The notes under the pieces were generated by a model. It was not told the DNA's origin. It did not search any database and saw only the letters and a program-made list of their open reading frames with translations. A DNA stretch of 64,000 nt, from assembly GCA_963675725.2 (NCBI GenBank), contig CAXXXZ010000002.1:4143979-4207978 (forward strand), in the 5' to 3' direction. This DNA comes from Desulfobacterales bacterium. GTDB taxonomy: Bacteria; Desulfobacterota; Desulfobacteria; Desulfobacterales; JAFDDL01. The translations under genes and the position numbers were made by a program. This document shows, in pieces, positions 39,166-49,566 of the stretch; position 1 is the stretch's first letter, and each line of letters opens with the position of its first letter.

Positions 39166-40103
39166 AAACGCATTGTCCGATAGTCACACGGTTCCCCCAA
39201 AACCCAATTTTGACAAGAAAGGACGTACCGTATCCGGTAGCTACCGTTCACAACGCAGGCATCGTCAAACACGACGGTCGGTACATCATGCTTTTCAGAT
39301 CGCATCTTTTCAACGGGCGTTCCATCATCGGCAGGGCCGACAGCAAGGATGGGGTTTCATTCACGGTTCATCCCCAACCCTTTCTGACGCCTTCAACAGA
39401 AAGTATTTTTGCCGAATATGAAGCGTTCGGGGTCGAGGACCTTAGAATCTGTCCTGTAGAGGGGGACTATCTGCTGACCTATAGCGCCTATTCCCGTCAC
39501 GGTGTGCGGATTGCCCTTGCGCATACTATGGATTTTGAAAGGGTGGAACGTGTGGCATTGATCACCCAGGCCGATCTTCGTAACGTGGTCATATTTCCTG
39601 AAACATTCGGCGACCGATATGTGCGGTTGGACCGGCCCCATTCCGAGATTTCGCCCTGGTCGATTTGGATTTCTTATTCCCCCGATCTTGTGCATTGGGG
39701 GAATTCCCGGGTGATTATGAAGCCGGTGGCCTATCACTGGGATGAAATGAAAATTGGGCCCGGTGCACCACCGTTCAAAACCGACGAAGGCTGGCTTCAT
39801 ATTTATCATGGGGTCTTTAAAACCATGTCCGGTACTGTATATCGCCTCGGTGTAGCCCTTCATGCTCTTGATGATCCGGCCAACATTATAGGCGTTTCCG
39901 ATGAGTGGATATTGCAGCCCGAGGATCCGTGGGAGGTGATCGGATATGTTCCCAATGTTGTCTTTACCTGTGGTGCGGTTCCTGAGGACGATGGTACGGT
40001 AAAAATATACTGGGGAGGCGCGGATTCGGTCATGTGCGCCGGGACGGCCGTGATTGATGATCTGGTATCGGCTTGCCTTTCAAATCCCCGTCCTGCCTTT
40101 TAG
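39162..40103 (+). CDS. GH130-family glycoside phosphorylase/hydrolase (beta-mannoside type)
   Basis: FPQNPILTRKDVPYPVATVHNAGIVKHDGRYIMLFR, IGPGAPP, VPNVVFTCGAV and IYWGGADSVMC. ATGA overlap with the upstream GT. Confidence 0.8.
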   Translation: MKTHCPIVTRFPQNPILTRKDVPYPVATVHNAGIVKHDGRYIMLFRSHLFNGRSIIGRADSKDGVSFTVHPQPFLTPSTESIFAEYEAFGVEDLRICPVEGDYLLTYSAYSRHGVRIALAHTMDFERVERVALITQADLRNVVIFPETFGDRYVRLDRPHSEISPWSIWISYSPDLVHWGNSRVIMKPVAYHWDEMKIGPGAPPFKTDEGWLHIYHGVFKTMSGTVYRLGVALHALDDPANIIGVSDEWILQPEDPWEVIGYVPNVVFTCGAVPEDDGTVKIYWGGADSVMCAGTAVIDDLVSACLSNPRPAF

Positions 40104-40213
40104 AATATCCTTTGCGGCAGGGTCAAACCGGCTTATCCGCCCTCCGGGTGAAGATCGAATCTGGAGAAGCCGGCAGCGGCTTTAGGTTTAATTGGTAGTA
40201 AGGAAACCAGGAC

Positions 40214-41686
40214 ATGCAAGAAAATAATATAAAGCTTACCGTTAAAAGAAAAAAAAATAAAATCATAGGGGATACATCACGGGTTATTACCCGTCTTCAT
40301 CTTCCCGATGACCGTGCGCGTATATCTAAAATCATCTATCGGGTGATCGGGTTGCCTGAAACAACGGCCCAACATTTACGCGCGCAAATCATGAAGGATT
40401 TTTCCGAAAGGCACGAAGACATCGAACATGTTTTTGAGCGGCACCTTAGTGAAGTGAAAGAGTATCTTCCCAGGAATGTAATACTCAGCGATGTTCAAAG
40501 ATCGCTTATCGGTGCCTACTTTACCAAAGAATACGCTATTGAATCCGCCGCTCTTTTTAATCCTTCAATCGTCCCTCATCCGGATCAAAGCAATCTGGAC
40601 AAAGGCAGTTTGCGATTTGTCATGAGTCTGAGAGCAACTGGCGAAGGCCACATTTCCTCTATTGTCTTTCGAAGCGGCGTCCTTGACCGGCATAATACGT
40701 TCCTTTTCGATCCGATCAGCGATTTTGTGGAAACGCCGGATCTCCATTTAGACCCTTTTTATAAGCGTCACATTTTCCAGCGTAAGCTGAACGAAATGGG
40801 GGCCGGCAATGAAATAACCGCCCATATTCTTGAGCAGCTGCTGGAAGATTTTACTTATAATGAGCTAATAAGAAAAATTGAAATGCTTCACAAAAAACCG
40901 CAATTCTCCAAAACAATTCAGGACAGCACCTTTGAGGCTATGCGCTGGCTTGCGGATTCCAATTATGAAGTCAGTTTTCATGCGGAACACCGCATATCCG
41001 AACGAGTAATCTTCCCGGTTTCGAAAAACGAAAGCAGAGGTATAGAAGATGCGCGGTTTGTTCAATTTTTCGATGAGAGGAAAAACGTAACTTATTATGC
41101 GACATATACGGCCTATAACGGCAATACGATTCTACCGCAACTGATTGAAACAAAGGATTTTATCAAATTCAACATTTTAACGCTAAACGGCAAGGCCGTG
41201 CAAAATAAGGGAATGGCCCTTTTCCCGCGCAAAATCGGCAATCGTTATGCCATGCTGTCGCGGCAGGACGGTGAAAACAATCATATCATGTTTTCAGACA
41301 ATATCCATTTCTGGCACAAGTCCCAAATCATTCAGGAACCTGAATATCCATGGGAGTTCATTCAAATCGGTAATTGCGGCTCCCCCATTGAAACCGATGA
41401 GGGATGGATTGTTCTCACCCATGGCGTTGGTCCCATGCGGCGGTATTGCATTGGAGCGGTGCTGCTTGATCTTGAGGACCCAGCCAAAATCATCGCCCGT
41501 CTCGATGAGCCGTTGCTTGCTCCGCACGAGAAAGAGCGAGAGGGATATGTCCCCAATGTCGTTTATTCCTGTGGCGCGGTAATTCATGGTGGCGAGTTGG
41601 TTATTCCCTACGCTATGTCCGATATTAATTCCGGTATCGCAACCGTTTTCGTCAACGAGTTGCTTGACGGTATGCGCGCGAAATGA
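40214..41686 (+). CDS. GH130-like protein with ~190-aa N-terminal extension
   Basis: C-terminal propeller motifs EDARFVQF, YYATYTAYNG, GSPIETDEGWIVLTHGV, VPNVVYSCGAV and LVIPYAMSD. Confidence 0.75.
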   Translation: MQENNIKLTVKRKKNKIIGDTSRVITRLHLPDDRARISKIIYRVIGLPETTAQHLRAQIMKDFSERHEDIEHVFERHLSEVKEYLPRNVILSDVQRSLIGAYFTKEYAIESAALFNPSIVPHPDQSNLDKGSLRFVMSLRATGEGHISSIVFRSGVLDRHNTFLFDPISDFVETPDLHLDPFYKRHIFQRKLNEMGAGNEITAHILEQLLEDFTYNELIRKIEMLHKKPQFSKTIQDSTFEAMRWLADSNYEVSFHAEHRISERVIFPVSKNESRGIEDARFVQFFDERKNVTYYATYTAYNGNTILPQLIETKDFIKFNILTLNGKAVQNKGMALFPRKIGNRYAMLSRQDGENNHIMFSDNIHFWHKSQIIQEPEYPWEFIQIGNCGSPIETDEGWIVLTHGVGPMRRYCIGAVLLDLEDPAKIIARLDEPLLAPHEKEREGYVPNVVYSCGAVIHGGELVIPYAMSDINSGIATVFVNELLDGMRAK

Positions 41687-41740
41687 GCGTGTTTGAGCCG
41701 GGTGATGCAAAACTTCACCTATTCAATTAAGGAGAATGAG

Positions 41741-41845
41741 ATGGCCGACAAAGGTAAGAGAGATAAAGGAAAAAAAGAAGATCAGAAAAAAGGAAAGCTT
41801 ACATTGAAAGAAAAGCGAAAGCAAAAAAAAGACAAGAATAAATAA
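41741..41845 (+). CDS. Lys-rich microprotein (34 aa, not in ORF track), paralog of 35675
   Basis: MADKGKRDKGKKEDQKKGKLTLKEKRKQKKDKNK. AAGGAG RBS. Confidence 0.55.
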   Translation: MADKGKRDKGKKEDQKKGKLTLKEKRKQKKDKNK

Positions 41846-41976
41846 TCCGTCCGGCTATTCAACAGCATATAAAATTGGCAATCCGCATGCCATAAACCCC
41901 AATGTTGCATTAAAAAATTTGGCCGTTGTCAATTTTAAAAAGTATAATAACGTCTTAACTCACTTATTAAAAAGTT

Positions 41977-42005
41977 TCTGGATTTCACAAACGGTGAATT
42001 CCAGA
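41977..42005. terminator. hairpin between convergent genes (possible bidirectional terminator)
   Basis: TCTGGATTTCAC-aaacg-GTGAATTCCAGA (one mismatch), flanked by A/T runs. Confidence 0.4.
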
Positions 42006-42053
42006 AAACATGTTATTTTGCCATATTGGGGTAAATTACATGTTTCGGCTGTT

Positions 42054-43835
42054 TTAAACCTGACCAGTTGATGCTTTGTCTTCCGGCGTACACGCATGCT
42101 GCAGTTGAAGGGCAGCGGTACGAACGGTGTGCCCCACATCCATGGGTTGCGGTATGGCTTTGGTGTTTTTGGATTCCTTTAAGGCCTCAGTATTTTTCTC
42201 ATAAAAGGTATGGGGTTCGTAGGTCCATCCGGTAGCCAAGCGTTTTTCTTCCCGTTTTATCGTGTAATGCAGATATCTTCCGATCAGAGGGGCGGTGATG
42301 CGCGGTAGCCATCCAAACTCGTGATAGATATCTTTTAAAAGCAGCGTCATTTTTTCGATCATGGACCGGTTACCGCGATAATACTTTTTCATCGCCCAGA
42401 CTGCGCCGGCATAGACGGTTTTTAAAGGGGCCACTTCTCGAGCGAACCGATGCCTGATTCGCGGCTCAACGCTATGTTTATATCGTTGCCAGCCTGTCAG
42501 AAGGGTGCGGATTAGTCGGGCAAGACTCGGGCCGTTAATTTCAAAATCTTTTCGGAAGGCATTCAGGAGAAATTCTTCTTCGGCCCCCTTAACAATGTTT
42601 TTGTGATGAAAATTAAACCGATACTGTCCATGGGAGTCTGCCAAAGAGAAATCTGTTTCCGGCAAAAGGGATCCGTTCTTTCGGTGGTGTTCATACAAAG
42701 GTGTTCCGGGTATTGGCGTATAGAGCATAAACTGGTGAAACACGGTGTTGTGGCTGACGGCATCATGGATGGCCTGATCGATATTTTTCGAGGTGTGGGT
42801 TTCCAGCCCGATGATGGATGAGCCAAGAACACGAATGCCATGGGATTTTAGTGTTCGAACAAGCACATGCGTATCAATGCCGTTTATTTTTGGGTAGTTT
42901 GCATCTTTTCCTTCAAGACCCATCCAGACCCAGGCAATCCCGAGGCCCACCAATTGGTCGATGGTATATGATTTGAGAACCCTTGCGGAACTAAAGACAT
43001 ACAACGCCCAGCTTTTGTTTTTGGATTGCATCAATTCCAGCAACCGAAGGGCTCGTTTTCGATGAAGTAAAAAGTTTTCATCCAGAACGAAAAATGAGCT
43101 TACCCCCAGTTTTTTTTCAATATTGCCCATGACGGAAAAAAGTTCATCACCGGTTTCATAGAAGTTGATGTGTTTTCCCTTGCCGCCGAAAAGTGCAGAT
43201 GTCGAACAAAAATTGCACCCCACAGGGCATCCAACCGATGGAATCAAGATCGCGGCGGTATTGCCGTTTTTATGCTGCCGGTGAAGGGTTTGGCCAAGAA
43301 TGCGGGTGCCGTAACCGGAATAGGTGACCACTGGCTTTACCGGCGCTTCGGCGTTCTGGCCAAGGAAGTTACGGAACCAGCGCACCCCTTCCCCTTTGAC
43401 GATGTGATCTGCGTCAATGCGCTTAGCAAGGTCGTCAAGGTTCGCAACATGGCCGCCGACAACAATGGTGGTTGTGGGAAGATGCTTTCGAACAAGCTCA
43501 CACATGGTTTTTACTTTTTCTACATTGGGAATGATTGCACTGATACCCACCACATCGTAACGGTTGCTTTTGAGCTCATCCACGAATCGGTCGAGGGAGG
43601 GGAAATCAAGAAGGGTGCAGGGCGCATCAATGTTGGACTGAATCAGCATCAATCCAAAGCTTCGGTGAAACATCCGAAGGGAAAAGGCGCCTTGAACACG
43701 GGTTACCTGATTTTCATAAAGCTCCATTGGGTTAATGCGACGGCTGCCATACTCATCATTTTGTGCGTAGGGGCCAAAAACACTTGATAGTAAAACGTTG
43801 GCTCGAGTTCCGAGCGCGTGTACAGGCTGTACCAT
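42054..43835 (-). CDS. B12-binding radical SAM protein
   Basis: Cobalamin-binding N-terminal domain (YDVVGISAIIPN...TIVVGGHVAN). Cluster motif SVGCPVGCNFC. Confidence 0.85.
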   Translation of the reverse strand: MVQPVHALGTRANVLLSSVFGPYAQNDEYGSRRINPMELYENQVTRVQGAFSLRMFHRSFGLMLIQSNIDAPCTLLDFPSLDRFVDELKSNRYDVVGISAIIPNVEKVKTMCELVRKHLPTTTIVVGGHVANLDDLAKRIDADHIVKGEGVRWFRNFLGQNAEAPVKPVVTYSGYGTRILGQTLHRQHKNGNTAAILIPSVGCPVGCNFCSTSALFGGKGKHINFYETGDELFSVMGNIEKKLGVSSFFVLDENFLLHRKRALRLLELMQSKNKSWALYVFSSARVLKSYTIDQLVGLGIAWVWMGLEGKDANYPKINGIDTHVLVRTLKSHGIRVLGSSIIGLETHTSKNIDQAIHDAVSHNTVFHQFMLYTPIPGTPLYEHHRKNGSLLPETDFSLADSHGQYRFNFHHKNIVKGAEEEFLLNAFRKDFEINGPSLARLIRTLLTGWQRYKHSVEPRIRHRFAREVAPLKTVYAGAVWAMKKYYRGNRSMIEKMTLLLKDIYHEFGWLPRITAPLIGRYLHYTIKREEKRLATGWTYEPHTFYEKNTEALKESKNTKAIPQPMDVGHTVRTAALQLQHACTPEDKASTGQV

Positions 43836-44062
43836 TATATATCTCCTGATTTGATTTGCTTAAAAAAATATCCATGCACACCATACACTTAAAATGCTGT
43901 GCGCGTTGCGTATAACCTATTGATGATTCAGGTGGAAGAAGATCGTTTCAAAGAGGGTCGGCAGGGCACTTCACGTAGGTTTTTAAAATCTATTCTAGTG
44001 GGTTTGCTTGAAGATGGCAAGGAAAGAATACCGCTGTGACAAAAGTATTACATTTGTGTGGA

Positions 44063-47000
44063 TTAAGAAGAGCCTGCTTTCGAATCAAAAATCGATCGCC
44101 TCTTTTTGTTAGCTTGGCCGGCATATTTGAGATAAGGGATGACCACGTCGTTCTTGTTACCGCTGGTACCATCATAGGTAATGGATACAACGGGGATGCC
44201 GGTAAGGGTTTCAATTTTTTTGGCCATGGCCGATGTCACAAGGGCCGGGCAGCAGAAGGACGGGCTTGCTTGAACGAACAGGGAAAGTTTCGGATAATAC
44301 TTCTTTAGATAATAGATTTTTATTATATTATCCATTGCTTCCCCTGTATTTTCGATGCGAATGCCGTAAGGGGACAAAATTTCTTCCGGCAATTCATCGT
44401 ACACTGGTTCCGTTTCGTTCAGTATCTGGTCAAAATATCCATAATAAAGTTTTTCTTTCATCTTTAGTGTCGCGACCAGCACAGAGGAAGAAACCGCATC
44501 TAAATAATGACCTTCAACAAACCATTTCCGGTGGTAGAGTTTTGAGATCATCTTCAGATACTCGCTGTAAGGCGTCGTGATCACCTCTCCGCCGTGTGCT
44601 TCGATAAAGGACACAAGGCCTTGGTTCATAACAGGATTGTCCCGGACATAAAAGTCTCCGAAAATAGCGACCTGAGGTTTTTGCTGGGTGTCAATCGGAC
44701 TTTTTATCTCGATTTTCCTGAAAAGCGCCACCAGAGTGGCCGCCGCCGCTTCCTTGCCGAATTTTCCAAGAAAAGCGTCTGTCAATAGGGAGACAGCGAG
44801 ACTGATGACGCGGTTGGTTTCCCCGGCCTTTTTTTCATAAGGTCTTATTTTACAAGCTATTTTCCGGACAAAGCCTCCGAACATATAGGCAAAATAGTTA
44901 TTCATGGGAAGTTTTAGAGAAATATCAATCATGGACAATTTGCCCACGTATACCCCCGCATTTTCCATGCCATTGCCATAATCATTGAGAAGGGTTTTGA
45001 TATGATAGGGGTAGAGTCTTAGGTTGCACGCAAGCTCCCCACCCGCCAACCAGAGGACTGCTTTGGCAGGATCCAAATCGTGTGTTTCAATATAATCTGA
45101 AAATGTTGCGGCAATAATATTGAGGGGGAGGCATTGGCCGGAGTTGGACCGAAGGCTTTTTCGAATGCTTGTCGGCCGTTCTTCAAGGCATCTGGCATCG
45201 ATGCCAAGGCGTTGAAGGTTCGCTGCTATTAGTTTGCAACAAATGGGGTCCCAGTTTGGTAACAGAAGTGTCTTTTCAAAGATATCTTTCCCCCGGGAAG
45301 ACAGCCGTGCAGTATGACGGGCTTCAGAGGGTCGGCCATGAAATGTATTGTGATGGTTTTGAAACGATCGGATCGCCGCTTCAATTCTTGTTTCATAACC
45401 AACTCTGGAATCATGTTCATCAAGCTGAAGAATAAGGTAGGGCTTCTTGTGGGAATCCATGATGCTTTTAAAATAATCAATGACAAATGCATCCGGTGAA
45501 CAGCCAAAGGCCGTAATCAGAACAGGGTAAGCCCCTGGTTTTTTGGCAGTGACCTCGGTTGCTTCTATGATTTTTGCTGCATGGAGCCAGTGGATTTCTT
45601 TTAACAGTGGTGCGATGGCCGTTACATCCTGATCGGTATAAGCTATCATGTCCTGGTAGATGGCCTTGACGCTCAAGGATGCGAAAAGTTCTGGAATGCC
45701 TTTGTTCATGGCTTCCGACAGGACGATATAGGGGCGGCCCAGCATCACGACATGCAATTCGTTGTGACCAATGGCAGATTGAGCGATTTCTTTCAATGCG
45801 GCGCTGGCGGATGTCATGAAAGTCCGTGCCTTGTCGTAGGCGAGAGAGACATCGAAAAAGCTGACGGGTCGACCGGATATGAATTTTACCATTCGATACA
45901 ATACGGATTTGGTGAAGAAGCTGCTGTAAAGATAATGCACCATGGGGGTCAAAAGGCGTTCATCGCCATCGTTTAGCCCTGTGGCTCCCGCCAGGGAGGA
46001 TGAGAATTGTGTATAATAACAATACTGTCGCCGGTATTCCTTTTGGCCTGAGCGTTGCTCAATATAGATCGGCAAAAAAACATGGGTCGATTGGCTTAAC
46101 AGTTGATGGACATGGCCATACAGCGAGGCCATGGGGGCGCAAAACTCGGCGCTGGCGAGTAACTTGCCCTCCTGAACCCCGGTTTTCAGTTTTTTGCTGG
46201 TAACCGTGTTGATGTTTAAAAGGGAAAAAAAATATTGCCACATCGGCATGTCCATCACGAGGTGTAAGGCATAGGGGATGCCAATGGTGATGGTGCTGTT
46301 TTGATCATGACGGTCTGGGAAAGAAAATGCGGTTTTGCGGACTTTTGCAAGGTCAAAACCGGAACGATTGTTCGTCATATGCTTTTTTGTGCCATAATCT
46401 CTGCCACATAAAAATCCATAGGCCACTGCCTCTTGGCCTATCTGTGCAATGGTAAGCTTGCAATGATTGGTGCATAGTTCACAGACCTCCGACCGTGTGG
46501 GGATCTGAAAGTCACATAGTTGAAACCCCCTGAAGCTGGTTTTAGCAAGCGGTTGGTCCGAGAGCAGCAGCGCGCTGCCTATCGCCCCGGCAAGATGGCA
46601 GTACCGAGAGACCGTGATCGGTTTTTTCAGGCGTTGCTCAAAAGCCGCCACCAGGGCCCTGTTTTTTGCCGTGGCGCCCTGAAATAGGATGATGTCGCCG
46701 ATGTTTTTTTCGTTGGCGACTTTGCTAAGATAGTTGTCCCGGACCGAATGGAGGGTTGCTGCCAGCAGCTCATCCACTGTATATCCCTCATTGAGATAGT
46801 GATTGAGGTCTTTTTCCATGAAAACCGTGCAGCGATCACTGGCAAGGGGGGAGCGGGCGCTTTCAGCACGGTCTGAAAATTTTGCGAGCGGACAGCCGAG
46901 ACGTTTTGCCTGCTCTTCAATAAAACTGCCGGTACCGGCGGCACAAACGTTGTTCATGATGGAGAAGGTGACCTGTCCGTGGCAAAGGGTGGTAAATTTG

Positions 47001-48313
47001 GCGTCCTGGCCGCCAATTTCAATGATGGTATCCACGTTCGGATCGATGTCGACGGCTGCCCTCGCATGAGCGGAAATTTCGTCTACTACCATGTCCGCAC
47101 CGATCAAATTTCCAATGAATTTTCGGCCGGCACCGGTTGACCCTACGCCGATAATTCGAAAAGAGAAGCCCTGTTTTTCGGCCATATCCAAAATCGCGGA
47201 AAAAAGTGCTTGGGTGGCTTGGATGGGTGTCCCGGCGGTCCGTGTATAAAACCCCGCCAACACCTCCCGCCCATTAGCTAAAAGGATTGCCTTGGTACTG
47301 GTGGAACCGACATCTATGCCGAGGTAAGCTGCTGTATCCGGAGTGATTGGCCTGTGGTACAGATCAACTTCCACAGGAAAGGAAAAAAGGCGCTTGTGGG
47401 GAAGATATTCGTAGGAACTGAGACAGGCAAAATTCGGAAATACAGAACGCGTTAGTTTCAGCGGTGGGTGGGTGTAGCGGCGGTCCTTTTTTGGGGGAAG
47501 GCACATATCCTCTGCAGAAGAGATTTTTATACGCGATACAGATTCAAACTCTTCCAAAAGGTTTAGTGCGGCACCGTAGGCGGGATAAAACAGGGTGTCC
47601 GTTGCGATGATTTTTTTCCCAGAAATAGCTTCTACGTGTTTTACGACGGCCTTGTTCAAAGACACGCCACCGGTAAAGAGAATTGGTGATCGGGTATTGT
47701 GGTTAATTTTCAAGGTATCTATAATGTTTTTCGCCAGGCCGTGACATAAACCGTCGCAGATTTCCGGCAACGAATATCCCATTTGTTGAGCATGTGCTAG
47801 GTCGGTTTTGGCAAAAACAGCGCACCGGGTGGCGATTTTGGGAATGGTGCCTTTATTGGCAAGGGCGATGCGACTTAATTCATCAGCGCCGGACAGATGA
47901 AGCCTTTCCGCCTGCTGGTCCAGAAAACTTCCAGTGCCCGCGGCGCAGGATGAATTGGTACTGAAACTGCGGTAATTGCCGTTTTCGTCCAAATGGATGA
48001 TGCTGAATTTTTCGCCACCCACCATTAGAATTGCGCCGATATGATCATGGAAATGGCATACAGCGGTGAGCAGGGAAACCCGGTCGTCATATCGTCGGGT
48101 CACCCTAAAAAAATTCGGTGATGAACAGGTTGCTGCGATGCCGACAATCTGTTTCAGTTGAAAGCCTTTTAACAGAGCCGTGAGCGTGTCGCTAAGTTGA
48201 CCGTGGTGGGGTGCGACAGTCCTTTTAAGGACCTCTTTTCTCCCATTGATCTCAATAATGGAAACCGATACGGAACCGATATCGAGTCCAAGCAATCTAA
48301 GCGGGGTAGGCAT
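44063..48313 (-). CDS. giant acyl-CoA-dehydratase-activase-related protein (two BcrAD/BadFG ATPase modules + DUF2229-like half)
   Basis: ASKHA phosphate-1 motifs LGLDIGSVSVS and LGIDVGSTSTKAI, each followed by CAAGTGSF. Long C-terminal dehydratase-like region. 1416 aa. Confidence 0.85.
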   Translation of the reverse strand: MPTPLRLLGLDIGSVSVSIIEINGRKEVLKRTVAPHHGQLSDTLTALLKGFQLKQIVGIAATCSSPNFFRVTRRYDDRVSLLTAVCHFHDHIGAILMVGGEKFSIIHLDENGNYRSFSTNSSCAAGTGSFLDQQAERLHLSGADELSRIALANKGTIPKIATRCAVFAKTDLAHAQQMGYSLPEICDGLCHGLAKNIIDTLKINHNTRSPILFTGGVSLNKAVVKHVEAISGKKIIATDTLFYPAYGAALNLLEEFESVSRIKISSAEDMCLPPKKDRRYTHPPLKLTRSVFPNFACLSSYEYLPHKRLFSFPVEVDLYHRPITPDTAAYLGIDVGSTSTKAILLANGREVLAGFYTRTAGTPIQATQALFSAILDMAEKQGFSFRIIGVGSTGAGRKFIGNLIGADMVVDEISAHARAAVDIDPNVDTIIEIGGQDAKFTTLCHGQVTFSIMNNVCAAGTGSFIEEQAKRLGCPLAKFSDRAESARSPLASDRCTVFMEKDLNHYLNEGYTVDELLAATLHSVRDNYLSKVANEKNIGDIILFQGATAKNRALVAAFEQRLKKPITVSRYCHLAGAIGSALLLSDQPLAKTSFRGFQLCDFQIPTRSEVCELCTNHCKLTIAQIGQEAVAYGFLCGRDYGTKKHMTNNRSGFDLAKVRKTAFSFPDRHDQNSTITIGIPYALHLVMDMPMWQYFFSLLNINTVTSKKLKTGVQEGKLLASAEFCAPMASLYGHVHQLLSQSTHVFLPIYIEQRSGQKEYRRQYCYYTQFSSSLAGATGLNDGDERLLTPMVHYLYSSFFTKSVLYRMVKFISGRPVSFFDVSLAYDKARTFMTSASAALKEIAQSAIGHNELHVVMLGRPYIVLSEAMNKGIPELFASLSVKAIYQDMIAYTDQDVTAIAPLLKEIHWLHAAKIIEATEVTAKKPGAYPVLITAFGCSPDAFVIDYFKSIMDSHKKPYLILQLDEHDSRVGYETRIEAAIRSFQNHHNTFHGRPSEARHTARLSSRGKDIFEKTLLLPNWDPICCKLIAANLQRLGIDARCLEERPTSIRKSLRSNSGQCLPLNIIAATFSDYIETHDLDPAKAVLWLAGGELACNLRLYPYHIKTLLNDYGNGMENAGVYVGKLSMIDISLKLPMNNYFAYMFGGFVRKIACKIRPYEKKAGETNRVISLAVSLLTDAFLGKFGKEAAAATLVALFRKIEIKSPIDTQQKPQVAIFGDFYVRDNPVMNQGLVSFIEAHGGEVITTPYSEYLKMISKLYHRKWFVEGHYLDAVSSSVLVATLKMKEKLYYGYFDQILNETEPVYDELPEEILSPYGIRIENTGEAMDNIIKIYYLKKYYPKLSLFVQASPSFCCPALVTSAMAKKIETLTGIPVVSITYDGTSGNKNDVVIPYLKYAGQANKKRRSIFDSKAGSS

Positions 48314-48569
48314 GTCAACCTTCCGATATTATAGTTGTAAATTCGTTTTCGGTGGAAAAGCTAACTCGTGCCCTGAATTCGAACAAAACATCCTGTTGCC
48401 GGGCGGGCACTCGCTGAAAAAAGAAAAGTAAAAAAACTCAAAGCCAAAGAAAGTAAGATGAGGACTCAACAGACGGGAATCAGCTTAACCTATTATCACA
48501 TAAATTAAAGCAGGCGGCAATTTTTTCCTTTAATGAATCTTTCGAATATAAATTCATGTGTTGCAGCAT

Positions 48570-48586
48570 TGGGGTAAATTTTGCGC
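48570..48586 (+). promoter_or_regulatory. candidate sigma54 promoter
   Basis: TGGGGTAAATTTTGCG. GG (48571-72) and GC (48583-84) are separated by 10 nt, with a TTGC -12. Lies about 275 nt upstream of the GAF gene. Confidence 0.3.
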
Positions 48587-48861
48587 TTTGTATCTTGCGG
48601 CGGTGTTTTTCCAGCGGGGCACAAGGTGCTTGACACTTATTACAGCACTATCTTATGATTAATAAAAAGCGAATCACTGATTCGATTCATCATTTTCTTG
48701 TTGGGCCCGACGAGGCAGTCTGCGCACCCATTGTTTTTTCCTGTTGATGCCTTCCTGATACCGTTGCGGTTTTGTTGATAAAAGGTGAAACCGAAGTTTC
48801 CGTCATATTGAGAGCTGTTTTTTTCATACGTTTATTCAATCCAAAACAAAAGGGGGAATTT

Positions 48862-49464
48862 ATGGAAAAGCACGCCATGTACTATGACAAGCTTATAAGA
48901 TTAACCAATGCCATTTCTGAGTGTAAAGACCCGGAAGAAGTTGCCCTCATAACAGCTGAAAGTGTAAAAACCGCGTTTAATGCCAAAGGCTGCTCTGTTT
49001 TTTTGGTTGATAAGGATACGCGGGAATTGGGGTTGGCGGCGTCTTTTGGACTGAGTGATGAGTATTTAAACAAGGGGCCGGTTCGCTATATGCAAGAGAT
49101 ATCGGAAGCAAAAGACCAGGTGCCCATTGCCATTTATGATGTTCAGGATGATCCGAGAATTCAGTACCCTGAAGCGGCCAAAAAGGAGGGCATTGCCTCT
49201 TTGCTAGGGGTCCCCATTGTGGCCCATAATACGGTTATTGGTGCCCTGCGAGTATATACTTCGGAACCATGGGAATTTACGATAGAAGATACCACACTGG
49301 TCCAGGCGGTCGCCGCGATTTGCGGTATGGCGATGGACATGTGTCGCATGTACAGAGGATACAAGACGAGTATCGAAATCCTAAAGAATCTTCGTGGCAA
49401 GGAATATTACGAGGCGCGTGGCTGGACGCCTTATGAAGGGGTTCCGAAAAGCGTCTCCAAATAG
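48862..49464 (+). CDS. GAF-domain protein
   Basis: Single GAF fold (CSVFLVDKDTRELGLAASFGLS...LGVPIVAHNTVIGALRVY). GGGGGA RBS. Confidence 0.75.
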   Translation: MEKHAMYYDKLIRLTNAISECKDPEEVALITAESVKTAFNAKGCSVFLVDKDTRELGLAASFGLSDEYLNKGPVRYMQEISEAKDQVPIAIYDVQDDPRIQYPEAAKKEGIASLLGVPIVAHNTVIGALRVYTSEPWEFTIEDTTLVQAVAAICGMAMDMCRMYRGYKTSIEILKNLRGKEYYEARGWTPYEGVPKSVSK

Positions 49465-49566
49465 GACTTGTCCTTATCTAAACGCGTGGGGCTTCACCGC
49501 CATGCATCAAGGGAGCCGGTGCTACCAGATACTTCGACCACACGGTGGAAGATGGAAGCTCCCGCG

